From contig JAHISY010000035.1 of assembly GCA_018817365.1 (NCBI GenBank), forward strand, positions 1 to 33,682: a DNA stretch of 33,682 nucleotides, written 5' to 3'. The notes under the pieces are model-generated. The model worked only from the letters and a program-made list of their open reading frames with translations. It did not search any database and was not told the origin of the DNA. The DNA comes from Patescibacteria group bacterium. GTDB lineage: Bacteria > Patescibacteriota > Gracilibacteria > JAHISY01. Position 1 is the first letter of the stretch, and each line of letters starts with the position of its first letter. Of the stretch, positions 1-9,608 are shown piece after piece. Position numbers and translations under genes: made by a program.

Positions 1-290
1 AAAAGATTGAATCCTTTTCCGGTGATTCCCTGCGGAGTGGAAATGTAAATTTTCGCTGTTTTTGTTTTTGTGGCGAGGAATTTTTCCGCCGTTCCGTCGG
101 ATGAAAAATTGTCCGCATTCACGATCGCCGCGCGATAATTTGGAAAATATTTCTGCAGTCCTCGATCGATTTGCCGCGTGACAAAAGCGATGTTGCCAGC
201 CTCATTCAGCGATGGGATGCCGATGAGCAAGTCAACTTGTTTTATCCGTTGCGGATTGATCTCGCGACGTGGTTTTGTTTGTATTTTGAT
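1..290 (-). CDS. Glycosyltransferase family 2, glucosyl/mannosylglycerate synthase-like, N-terminal part (runs off window start)
   Basis: Manual translation of minus strand: ...KQVDLLIGIPSLNEAGNIAFVTRQIDRGLQKYFPNYRAAIVNADNFSSDGT...YISTPQGITGKG. The IGIPSxN, DxxSxDGT and GKG motifs fit a GT-A fold. No ATG in frame; candidate starts are ATC at 290 or TTG at 230. Confidence 0.8.
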   Translation of the reverse strand, partial: MKIQTKPRREINPQRIKQVDLLIGIPSLNEAGNIAFVTRQIDRGLQKYFPNYRAAIVNADNFSSDGTAEKFLATKTKTAKIYISTPQGITGKGFNL

Positions 291-295
291 GTATT

Positions 296-324
296 AGTTT
301 AACAAAAAAGCTGAATTTTTGCAA
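296..324 (-). promoter_or_regulatory. sigma70-type promoter for the GT2 gene
   Basis: TTGCAA (324-319), 17-nt spacer, TGt-TAAACT (301-296). Confidence 0.6.
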
Positions 325-368
325 GCTTGGAATTGTTTCTGAATTGTAAATTTTTCCGACATCAAAAG

Positions 369-1103
369 TTAAATTTCGCGAGCTAATATTTCCACGAGTT
401 CGAAAATAATTTTGTTAAGTTTTTCCACATCTTTTTTTCGCGGTCGGAGAGTTTTTTCATTGAGATAAAGTTTGTGATTGAATTCGATTTGAATGCCCGG
501 CAGGCGGTGGCGCGAACAATGCTCGCCGATCACGAACTTCCCTCCGAATGGTTTGTTCACGTTCACAGACAAACCTTTTTTTTGGAAGAATTTTAGAATT
601 TTCAGCGTGCGGGAGCGCGAGCAGGTCGTGAAATCTCGGTTGCCGAGGCAGACATCAGGGCGCGCTTTGCCGGCATCGCTTTTGGTTGCTGGGGCGACTG
701 ACCACATCGAATGCCCGTCAATCAGAAACTTCATTTTTGGCTTGAGCTTTTCAATTTCGGCGTGAAAAGTGGTGTGATATTTTTTCACACGTTCAAAAAT
801 CGCTTTTTCGCTCGGCGGTTCACGGTAAATTTGTTTGCCGTTTTCATCGATGCTCACGACCACACCGTCTGCGCACAATTGACATTCCATCTCGATATCG
901 TCGGGAGCGCGATTGGGATCAGCGACAAGCCGTGAAATTTTCGCCTTCACGACGTGAGCATTCGAAGCATTAAAAATCTCATCGGTAAAAGGATCTGCGC
1001 TTTTTTTGATTTCAAAATCGGAAAGCAACATCAGCCGTCGTAACTCTGCCGGCACGAAAGTCGAGCAGTGCGGAATCGAAATAAGGATTGGGAGAAGATT
1101 CAT
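369..1103 (-). CDS. N-formylglutamate amidohydrolase family protein (HutG/FGase-like)
   Basis: Motifs SIPH, DPFTD, SRLVADPNR, YHxxFH, IDGHSM, RPDVCLG, NxPFxGxF, IQIEF. Confidence 0.85.
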   Translation of the reverse strand: MNLLPILISIPHCSTFVPAELRRLMLLSDFEIKKSADPFTDEIFNASNAHVVKAKISRLVADPNRAPDDIEMECQLCADGVVVSIDENGKQIYREPPSEKAIFERVKKYHTTFHAEIEKLKPKMKFLIDGHSMWSVAPATKSDAGKARPDVCLGNRDFTTCSRSRTLKILKFFQKKGLSVNVNKPFGGKFVIGEHCSRHRLPGIQIEFNHKLYLNEKTLRPRKKDVEKLNKIIFELVEILAREI

Positions 1104-1112
1104 TAGAAAAAT

Positions 1113-1973
1113 TTATTTTGCAAGTGCGAATTTAACAATCGCATCAGCCACGTTTATTTTTGTCGTCTTACTGAATGCTCGAAATTCTGGACAACGATTC
1201 ACTTCCAATAAATAAAATCCTTCTTTTGTGAGAGCGAGGTCCACTCCGCCGATGTCAATTTGCTGTTGCTTGCAGATTGAAACCGCCTCACTCACAATTT
1301 TAGAAGGTAGTTTGGCTGGTTCGAATCGAGCTCCCGCCGCATAATTAGCCGCTATTGATCCCGGTTTTGGGATTTTGCGAATTGATCCCAAAGATTCATT
1401 TCCGACCACAAAAACACGATATTCAGCAAGAATTTTGAGGTAATTTTGGACAAGAATTCCGATTTTATTCTTGGCAAGATGATTGGCAAGTGCAGCGCGA
1501 GATCGAAAAACCATGACACCTTCTCCATGTCGTCCGAGTGCGGGTTTGACAAGATATGGCGATGTCAATTCGTTTTTTTTCGGTAACCTCTCCTTTTGAT
1601 CGAGGAAAAGTGTCGGAATTTGGCGAATATGTTGGGTTTGGATCGTAGGTAAAAATATTGTTTTATATAAACCACTCACGATACTTTTTATCGTGTCGGT
1701 GAATTGTATTTTCCAGTTTGCGGCGAGAAAAACAAGTCCAACCATTTTGATATAACTACCAAGAACGCGACGAAAAATAATCCGACTTTTTTTGAATTGA
1801 GCAGTAAAATCTTTTTCTCTCAGAAAAATTTTAGTTCCTTGATCGTGGAGCTCGACTCTGATTTCATGTGGCGAGATAATCTGAACAGAATTTCCATGAG
1901 TGCGAGCAGACTCTGCAATTTTGCGTTCCTCCCATCCTGCTTCCGTGCCGATTACTAAGATGTAGTTTTTCAT
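1113..1973 (-). CDS. RimK/LysX-family ATP-grasp ligase
   Basis: 286 aa; VKPxxGRHGEGV, LVQNYL, EYRVFVVG, AANYAAGA, GGVDL, LLEVNRCPEF. Confidence 0.85.
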   Translation of the reverse strand: MKNYILVIGTEAGWEERKIAESARTHGNSVQIISPHEIRVELHDQGTKIFLREKDFTAQFKKSRIIFRRVLGSYIKMVGLVFLAANWKIQFTDTIKSIVSGLYKTIFLPTIQTQHIRQIPTLFLDQKERLPKKNELTSPYLVKPALGRHGEGVMVFRSRAALANHLAKNKIGILVQNYLKILAEYRVFVVGNESLGSIRKIPKPGSIAANYAAGARFEPAKLPSKIVSEAVSICKQQQIDIGGVDLALTKEGFYLLEVNRCPEFRAFSKTTKINVADAIVKFALAK

Positions 1974-1980
1974 GAAAGAA

Positions 1981-1986
1981 AGTTTA
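1981..1986 (-). promoter_or_regulatory. -10 element 7 nt upstream of the RimK-like ATG (leaderless-type)
   Basis: TAAACT-ttctttc-ATG. Confidence 0.45.
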
Positions 1987-2192
1987 ATCGATATGCGCCA
2001 AAACTTAAATCAAATTTTCAATCTCCGCACCGCCGAGATTCGCGATTACTTGAAAATTCCACGTTAAATCAATTCCAATCGGAAGTGAACAAATATTTGT
2101 CGGACGGATAAAAATTGGAGATTTGCTCACAGCTTTTATTCTAACCGTTGCAAAGCTGTTTGGAAATTCCTAAACTTCCGCAATATTCTTTG

Positions 2193-3464
2193 ATGCGCCG
2201 CAAAAAAGCAATTGTCTTCACCGAATATCTCCACAAACTGGAGAGTGTGGAATCGGCTCAAAGAGCTGGTTTCGCTGCGGTTCTTGTTACTCGCAAAATT
2301 CGCAATGGGGCTGCCAAAGTTTTTGATGAAATTTTCGAAATGGACTTAAACCAACGCGAAGTTTGGGATGATTTAGCCAAAAAACTGAAAGCCAAGTACA
2401 ACGTCAAAGCGGTGGTTTCCAATTACGATCATTTTGTGGTGCAGCGCAGTTATCTCGCGGAAAGATTGGGAGTCGCTTCCACCGCAGTTTACGCAGCCTG
2501 CTGCACTCGCAACAAAGTTCTCATGCGCAAGGCGCTAGCGGTGATTCCCGAAAATATCGAATTCGAGGAAGTGAAAACTCTCGCGGAAGCAAAAAAAGCG
2601 CGCAAAAAATTAGGAGGCGATGTTTATCTTAAATCGATTGCCGGAATCAAATCGCGCTGTATTTTTCATGTGAAAAGCGAAGCCGCGCTCACCCGCGCAT
2701 GGAAAGAATTTTGCCGGCTCAAAGCCGAGCTCGACGAAGAACTTTACAACGATTTCCATTATCTCGATTTTCGTTTCAATTATCCGAATCCCCGTAAAAC
2801 CGTCCTCGTGGAAAAAGCAATCGAAGGCAAACAAATTACTGTTTGTTCGCTCGTCGACAGCCATCGCATTTGGCACGCGCCGTCGGTTTGCGATGTCGCG
2901 ACTGCGGCAGAAATTGGTCGCGATGACTCATTTCTCGCTTTTCGAATTCTTCCTTCGCAGCAGCCGAAAGGGATTTGGCGGGAGGCGAAAAAAATAACCG
3001 AAACTGCGATTCGCATTTTGGGTTTGCGGAATTGCGCGATTCATTCGGAATTAATTATTGAGCCGGATGGAAAAGTCAAAATTATCGAGATTGCCAGCCG
3101 CATCGGCGGTTATCGCACTTTGATGTATTCTCACGCTTACGGTTTTTATCTTCCCGACTTGGTAATTCGCGCGGTGACTGGTCGACCAGTAAAAATAAGA
3201 AAAAAGGCGCAACAGTTTGTTTCACTTCTCGAGCTTTTTCCGAAAAAGAATGGGAAGTTTGCGAGAATTGAAAACTTGAAAGAATTGAGGAAAGATTCCT
3301 CTTTTGATCACATAAAAATCAAAGCGAAACGAAACCAAGCGGTTGGTCTCGCGCGGGAGAATTTCGAGCCGGTGGCAGCGATTTTGCTGAAAGGCAAAAA
3401 CTACAAAGAACTGGAAAAAAAGAGTTTCTATTTTCAGGAAAAATTAAACGTAGTAGTGCGATAG
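2193..3464 (+). CDS. ATP-grasp domain protein (L-amino acid ligase-like)
   Basis: RNKxxMR, VLVEKAIEG, HSELII, IIEIASRIGG motifs; ATG at 2193 (MRRKKAIVF) preferred over TTG at 2148. Confidence 0.8.
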   Translation: MRRKKAIVFTEYLHKLESVESAQRAGFAAVLVTRKIRNGAAKVFDEIFEMDLNQREVWDDLAKKLKAKYNVKAVVSNYDHFVVQRSYLAERLGVASTAVYAACCTRNKVLMRKALAVIPENIEFEEVKTLAEAKKARKKLGGDVYLKSIAGIKSRCIFHVKSEAALTRAWKEFCRLKAELDEELYNDFHYLDFRFNYPNPRKTVLVEKAIEGKQITVCSLVDSHRIWHAPSVCDVATAAEIGRDDSFLAFRILPSQQPKGIWREAKKITETAIRILGLRNCAIHSELIIEPDGKVKIIEIASRIGGYRTLMYSHAYGFYLPDLVIRAVTGRPVKIRKKAQQFVSLLELFPKKNGKFARIENLKELRKDSSFDHIKIKAKRNQAVGLARENFEPVAAILLKGKNYKELEKKSFYFQEKLNVVVR

Positions 3465-3504
3465 ATTCTTTCGAGAAGCTGAAACTTCTGCTAAACTCTC
3501 GCAA

Positions 3505-3534
3505 GTTTGGTTCTTGGCTAATGGTTTTTGGTTC
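3505..3534. repeat. Degenerate heptamer tandem array (TTCTTGG-type)
   Basis: gtttgg ttcttgg ctaatgg tttttgg ttc. Confidence 0.6.
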
Positions 3535-3544
3535 AGTCGGTTAG

Positions 3545-5593
<2,049 letters not shown>

Positions 5594-5659
5594 AATTTTT
5601 AAACGAGCGCGAAGAGAAGGAAATCTTCAATTTTCTTTTTCATCTCGTCGGAATTTACT

Positions 5660-5812
5660 TACAAAAATAGCCCGTTCCCGAGGGAGTAGGCTATTTTTGG
5701 TTCGGCTACCTATTTAATCAAATCAAATCCGAAGATCTGAATCAACTAAGCGATTAAATATTTCTAGAATTACCGAAGTAACTTTCGAAATAAAAAATCT
5801 CAGTAACTGAAC
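5660..5812 (-). ncRNA. Candidate structured small RNA of unknown family
   Basis: Own promoter; 11-bp closing stem starting at the predicted +1; two cUUCGg-capped hairpins; terminator; no ORF inside. Confidence 0.65.
5662..5699. terminator. Intrinsic terminator, probably bidirectional (gyrB / candidate sRNA)
   Basis: caaaaatagcc...ggctatttttg perfect 11-bp inverted repeat with T-runs on both strands. Confidence 0.8.
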
Positions 5813-5818
5813 AAATAT

Positions 5819-5847
5819 AGTATAGCAAACTTGGACGGAAATTGCAA
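5819..5847 (-). promoter_or_regulatory. Near-consensus sigma70 promoter with extended -10
   Basis: TTGCAA (5847-5842), 17 nt, TGc-TATACT (5824-5819). Confidence 0.75.
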
Positions 5848-5872
5848 ATCGATTTTGTCTTTTCTCTGTGAA

Positions 5873-7021
5873 TTATTTTAATTTAATCGCAACGATTTCC
5901 GATTTGCTGCCAGTGCGTAGCGTCGGTCCCCACACTCCGGTGCCACTGGAAATATAAACTGTGAAGCCATTTTCTTGGTGCAAACCATATTCGTATCCGT
6001 CGTAAATCCATTTGGCGAGGAGTGTGAAGGGGAAGATTTGACCGCCGTGCGTGTGGTTTGAAAGTTGCAAATCAATTCCCAAATCCCGCGCATCCCGAAA
6101 ATCCACATTCGGTTTCCAGTATAAATTTTGATGTTCAATTTTATTTTCACCAATGCTGGTGGGGGAGTGAAGAAGTAAGATGTTTACTTTCTCACTATCG
6201 AAATTTGAGTTATTCTCGACAATTTTGCGGATATTTTTGTTTTCGCCATTCTCAGGGTACCTGATTCCAATCAGCTGTAGACCAGCTAGATCAACTATCT
6301 CATCCTCCAAAATACGGATGTCGAGCTTGCGTAAAATTCTCAAAGAATCTTCAGTTCCACGGTAGCCTTCGTGATTGCCGCTTACAAAATAAACTCCGTT
6401 TTGAGTTTTAATCTCGTTCAACAGGTGGATGTATTTTTCGATTCCATTTGCGCTGCCGTCTAATAAGTCTCCAGTGATTACCACAATTTCCGCGTTGAGC
6501 TGATTGATTTCGCTGATTACTTTTTTCAAAAAGCTTTCGCCCAAAACACCCCCCAAGTGCAAATCTGAAATTTGCACGATTGTTTTCCCGCTCCACGATT
6601 GGGGGAGATTTTCAAGATTAATCTCAATATTTTTCACGACAGGATGAAAAACATTCCAAGCTCCAATCAAGGAATAAGTAATCGCACAAAAAATTACAAT
6701 CTTGCCGACAAGTTTGAAATTCAGTTTTTTTCGAAAAATTCTCACCATACCGATTACTATCCACGCGACGAGTATCATCCAAATTAAATTCAACAAAATT
6801 CCGAACCACACCCCGAAACCCAAGCTAAAAATTTTTGCTAATAAATTTTCTTCTCGGCGCAATAATACAAAAGAAGCGATAAACCCTAAAAACAAGAGCT
6901 CTAAGGTTAAGCGCAATTTTAGCCGTGCTTTTTTGTTTTGAATTGCAAAGGCACGAATAAAGAAATCGTAAACTACGAAGTGAGAGGTCAGTAAAATCGC
7001 GAGAAGAATCTGGAAAAACAT
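5873..7021 (-). CDS. Membrane-anchored calcineurin-like metallophosphoesterase (YkuE/YaeI-like)
   Basis: About four N-terminal hydrophobic segments; SDLH, TGDLLD, SGNHE, LLLHSP, HTHGGQ. ATG 7021 preferred because it lies 7 nt after TAAAAT (7034-7029); alternative start 7030. Confidence 0.9.
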   Translation of the reverse strand: MFFQILLAILLTSHFVVYDFFIRAFAIQNKKARLKLRLTLELLFLGFIASFVLLRREENLLAKIFSLGFGVWFGILLNLIWMILVAWIVIGMVRIFRKKLNFKLVGKIVIFCAITYSLIGAWNVFHPVVKNIEINLENLPQSWSGKTIVQISDLHLGGVLGESFLKKVISEINQLNAEIVVITGDLLDGSANGIEKYIHLLNEIKTQNGVYFVSGNHEGYRGTEDSLRILRKLDIRILEDEIVDLAGLQLIGIRYPENGENKNIRKIVENNSNFDSEKVNILLLHSPTSIGENKIEHQNLYWKPNVDFRDARDLGIDLQLSNHTHGGQIFPFTLLAKWIYDGYEYGLHQENGFTVYISSGTGVWGPTLRTGSKSEIVAIKLK

Positions 7022-7036
7022 TGCGCCCATTTTAGC

Positions 7037-7228
7037 CTATGTTCCTATTGCATCGACTGGATCAATTCGGATCGCTTTCGGCGCGGGACAAAAACCGAAA
7101 AAGATTCTGACAAATACCGAAAAAACAAAATTCGACTAAAATCGAGAGGGGGAGTGAATGAGGTGCTAGTCTTCGAGATTATTCAAAAAAGGAACTCTAA
7201 TCTCGCCGAGACAGATGCCGATCACGCC
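7037..7228 (-). pseudogene. Degraded C-terminal remnant of a MacB/FtsX-family ABC permease
   Basis: Minus strand reads GVIGICLGE...(stop, frameshift)...FVFSVFVRIFFGFCPAPKAIRIDPVDAIGT*, matching the family C-terminus FSxxVGIFFGxYPAxKAARLDPVxALRxE. Confidence 0.75.
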
Positions 7229-7255
7229 TTTTTTTCTCGAGTTAAGTCAAAATTT

Positions 7256-7930
7256 TTATTCCACCCCTCCTTCCAACTCTTTCGTTTCTTCAAGCTGAAT
7301 TTTGATTTTGCCGAGCACGTTCCGCAAAACAAATTCTGCAAACTCCTCTGTTTTTTGAAACTCGGTTTCTAACTTCTTCTTCTCAAAAAAATCGCGGAGA
7401 ATGAAGGCGGTGAGTTTCCACAAGCTCGGAAACAGTTTGTCTTCCGGTGAAATCGCAGTCGCGAGGAGGCGAGTGGGTTGTGTGAGTCCGAATTCCAGCA
7501 GTCCGAAACTCCACACGTCGAGAGTCTGCTTGATTTCCGGCGGAAATTTTCCGCCCGTCGCGAGCGCGCGGTTTCCGGCTTTCGGAGCTTCGAGCAGCTG
7601 CGCGGATTCGTCGAGCATCATCTCAAATTCTTTTTGCGCCTCCGCCTCGACGAGCGCGAGAATTCCGAGAATGAGACCGGCGGGAATGTTGTGATCGAGG
7701 CAGCGGGAAATCAATAGCATCACCGCGGTATTCGAGTGGGTTTGCAGGAATTTCCCGATTACTTTCGCGAGTCTATTATCTTTCGCGCGCGCTTTGCCTT
7801 CCGCCTTTTTTAAAGCTCTTTGAGCCTTTTGCGTTTTCCTGATTTTATCGCGAAAAACTTCATCTGAAGCTTCCGCCGCTTTTGTGCCGGATTCTTCGTT
7901 GTCGAGCGGAGACAGGTTTTCGAGTCCCAT
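7256..7930 (-). CDS. Hypothetical protein, helical, charged N-terminus
   Basis: 224-aa ORF co-oriented with neighbours; no family recognised. Confidence 0.8.
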   Translation of the reverse strand: MGLENLSPLDNEESGTKAAEASDEVFRDKIRKTQKAQRALKKAEGKARAKDNRLAKVIGKFLQTHSNTAVMLLISRCLDHNIPAGLILGILALVEAEAQKEFEMMLDESAQLLEAPKAGNRALATGGKFPPEIKQTLDVWSFGLLEFGLTQPTRLLATAISPEDKLFPSLWKLTAFILRDFFEKKKLETEFQKTEEFAEFVLRNVLGKIKIQLEETKELEGGVE

Positions 7931-7933
7931 TCA

Positions 7934-8010
7934 TTCAATGATTAATAATCAATGTGCAATGCTTAATTAACTGGTAATTACACATTGATCATTGTACGTT
8001 GCAAATTGTA
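7934..8010. repeat. Inverted pair of heptamer arrays (CAATG / CATTG cores)
   Basis: ttcaatg attaata atcaatg tgcaatg ... cacattg atcattg tacgttg caaattg. Confidence 0.65.
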
Positions 8011-8017
8011 GATCCAT

Positions 8018-8218
8018 TCATTCTTCGTTTTCTTCCAGCTCGTGGATTTTATTCTCGATTTTTTCGAGCATCTGTTTCGCCTTTTTTTTCAGAATCTTTT
8101 TCGTTTTTTTCGGAGCAAATTTCAATCCCAAAACTGAAGCAATCGCGCCGCCGATTATTAAACCGGCGAGTAATTTTCCGCCTCCGCCTTTTTCGGAATT
8201 TTCATCTTGTTCAGCCAA
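8018..8218 (-). CDS. YtxH-like small membrane-anchored protein
   Basis: GLIIGGAIASVLGLKFAPKK followed by a charged coiled coil; TTG start. Confidence 0.7.
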   Translation of the reverse strand: MAEQDENSEKGGGGKLLAGLIIGGAIASVLGLKFAPKKTKKILKKKAKQMLEKIENKIHELEENEE

Positions 8219-8221
8219 ATC

Positions 8222-8932
8222 TTAGTGATTTAAAGAATCCATTCCCCAAATTTGGTAAATCCAGCGGTAAATCATCTCTGTCACGGTGATGAAAATTCCA
8301 AAGAAAAGCCAAGTCGTAGGCAAAATTGTAAATAAAACTACGGTTGCTCCTTTCCCGCCACTGCCACCCACCGCCAATTCTGCTGCCGAGGAAAAATCTT
8401 GTCCGAGTTTGTAAATCAGCATGTTCGTAATGATCGTGGCTAAAACTGCAAATATAATTCCGTAAATTGCGATGAAATTTTCGCGCGGCGACTGTGAATT
8501 CGAAAGCTCGAGGATAAACATGCTGGCGAGCGCGGCTACCACGAGCTGGAGGGAGGAGATGAGGAAAATTATTTTTAAATTTTGCGCGAAACCGATTATT
8601 CCAAAAAAGTAAACGGGGAGGAGAAAAATGAAAATCAAAATATTCAGCGAAATGATGTGTTTGATTACTCCTCGAATTTCCGCATATTTTTCGCGATCCA
8701 ACATTCCGAAAAGAAAAGCTCCCAAACTGTTCGCGACGAGACCAGTGATAAATCCCATCATGATTGCTGAAAATATCACAAAAGGTCCGGTGACGCTTCC
8801 GCTGTCCATCGTTCCGAGACCGATGAGTACGAAAATCAACAAAACAAACATTCCGACAATGCCCACGCCGATGCCTGAAAGAGCTTTGAAAAAGAGAAGT
8901 GAGAATTTTACTTCGCGAGGAGGAAGAAGCAT
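8222..8932 (-). CDS. Polytopic membrane protein, unknown function
   Basis: 236 aa with about six hydrophobic segments. Confidence 0.8.
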   Translation of the reverse strand: MLLPPREVKFSLLFFKALSGIGVGIVGMFVLLIFVLIGLGTMDSGSVTGPFVIFSAIMMGFITGLVANSLGAFLFGMLDREKYAEIRGVIKHIISLNILIFIFLLPVYFFGIIGFAQNLKIIFLISSLQLVVAALASMFILELSNSQSPRENFIAIYGIIFAVLATIITNMLIYKLGQDFSSAAELAVGGSGGKGATVVLFTILPTTWLFFGIFITVTEMIYRWIYQIWGMDSLNH

Positions 8933-8977
8933 TGTTTGGGGGATTAAAAAATTTTAATTTTTACAATTTTTGCAATT

Positions 8978-8997
8978 CCTGCCTGCCGGCAGGCAGG
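8978..8997. repeat. Perfect 20-bp GC-rich palindrome (REP-like) embedded in an AT-rich repeat
   Basis: cctgcctgccggcaggcagg. Confidence 0.85.
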
Positions 8998-9024
8998 TTT
9001 AAATAAATTTTAATTTACTAAACT

Positions 9025-9477
9025 TTAGATTTTTTTGAATATTCTGCGGTGGAAAATTATCAGCAGCGTTATCCCAATTGTGAGGGCTGCGTCTGCGAGA
9101 TTGAAATTCGGAATGATGGAAAGCGAGATGAAATCAGTGACTTTTCCGAAGAAAATTCTTTCCGTGAGATTTCCGAATGCTCCGCCGAGCAGCAGCGCGA
9201 ATGCGACCACCCCGATTTTAGATTCTTTTTTCACATTTTTCACGAAAAGATTTCCTAAAAAAATAATTGCAAAAATTGAGAGCAAAATTATCAAACTGCG
9301 CGGGAAGGGAATTCCGAACGCGAGATTCGAATTTTGCGTGAATTCAAGCTTCAAAAAAGGGAAAATTTCGACTGTCTGCGCGGGTACGAGAAATTTCCGC
9401 GCGAGAAATTTCACAAAAAAATCGAGAGAAGCGACGAGCGCGATTCCCGCGAATAGAAGAATATTCTGTTTTTGCAT
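9025..9477 (-). CDS. lspA: Lipoprotein signal peptidase (signal peptidase II)
   Basis: DxxxK, NSNLAFG, GGAFGNLTER, VTDFI, FNLADAAL; ATG 9477 (or TTG 9480). Confidence 0.93.
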   Translation of the reverse strand: MQKQNILLFAGIALVASLDFFVKFLARKFLVPAQTVEIFPFLKLEFTQNSNLAFGIPFPRSLIILLSIFAIIFLGNLFVKNVKKESKIGVVAFALLLGGAFGNLTERIFFGKVTDFISLSIIPNFNLADAALTIGITLLIIFHRRIFKKI

Positions 9478-9608
9478 CAAAGAAAGATTAAAGGATAAAG
9501 GGTTAAGAATAAAGTTTTTGGGGAGAAGTTGGAAAATCAGAAAGTTGGCGATAAACTTCAGCTCGTTTTGGGCAATTTAAAATTTTTATTTTTTACTTTT
9601 TAATTTCC

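Noticed and set aside
369..1103. Calling this gene hutG of histidine utilisation
   Set aside because: The family match is good but there is no hut context; symbol withheld
1987..2190. Short inverted repeats in the divergent RimK/ATP-grasp spacer (acagcttt...aaagctgt)
   Set aside because: Weak and single-copy; no recognisable riboswitch or operator consensus
5599..5643. 14-aa minus-strand ORF MKKKIEDFLLFALV downstream of the candidate RNA (possible leader-controlled peptide or type I toxin)
   Set aside because: Very short, lies after the terminator and has no supporting signal; cannot be distinguished from chance
5780..5805. CUGAGA...GAAA in the candidate RNA suggesting a hammerhead ribozyme
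   Set aside because: The core needs CUGANGA and a stem II between it and GAAA; neither is present
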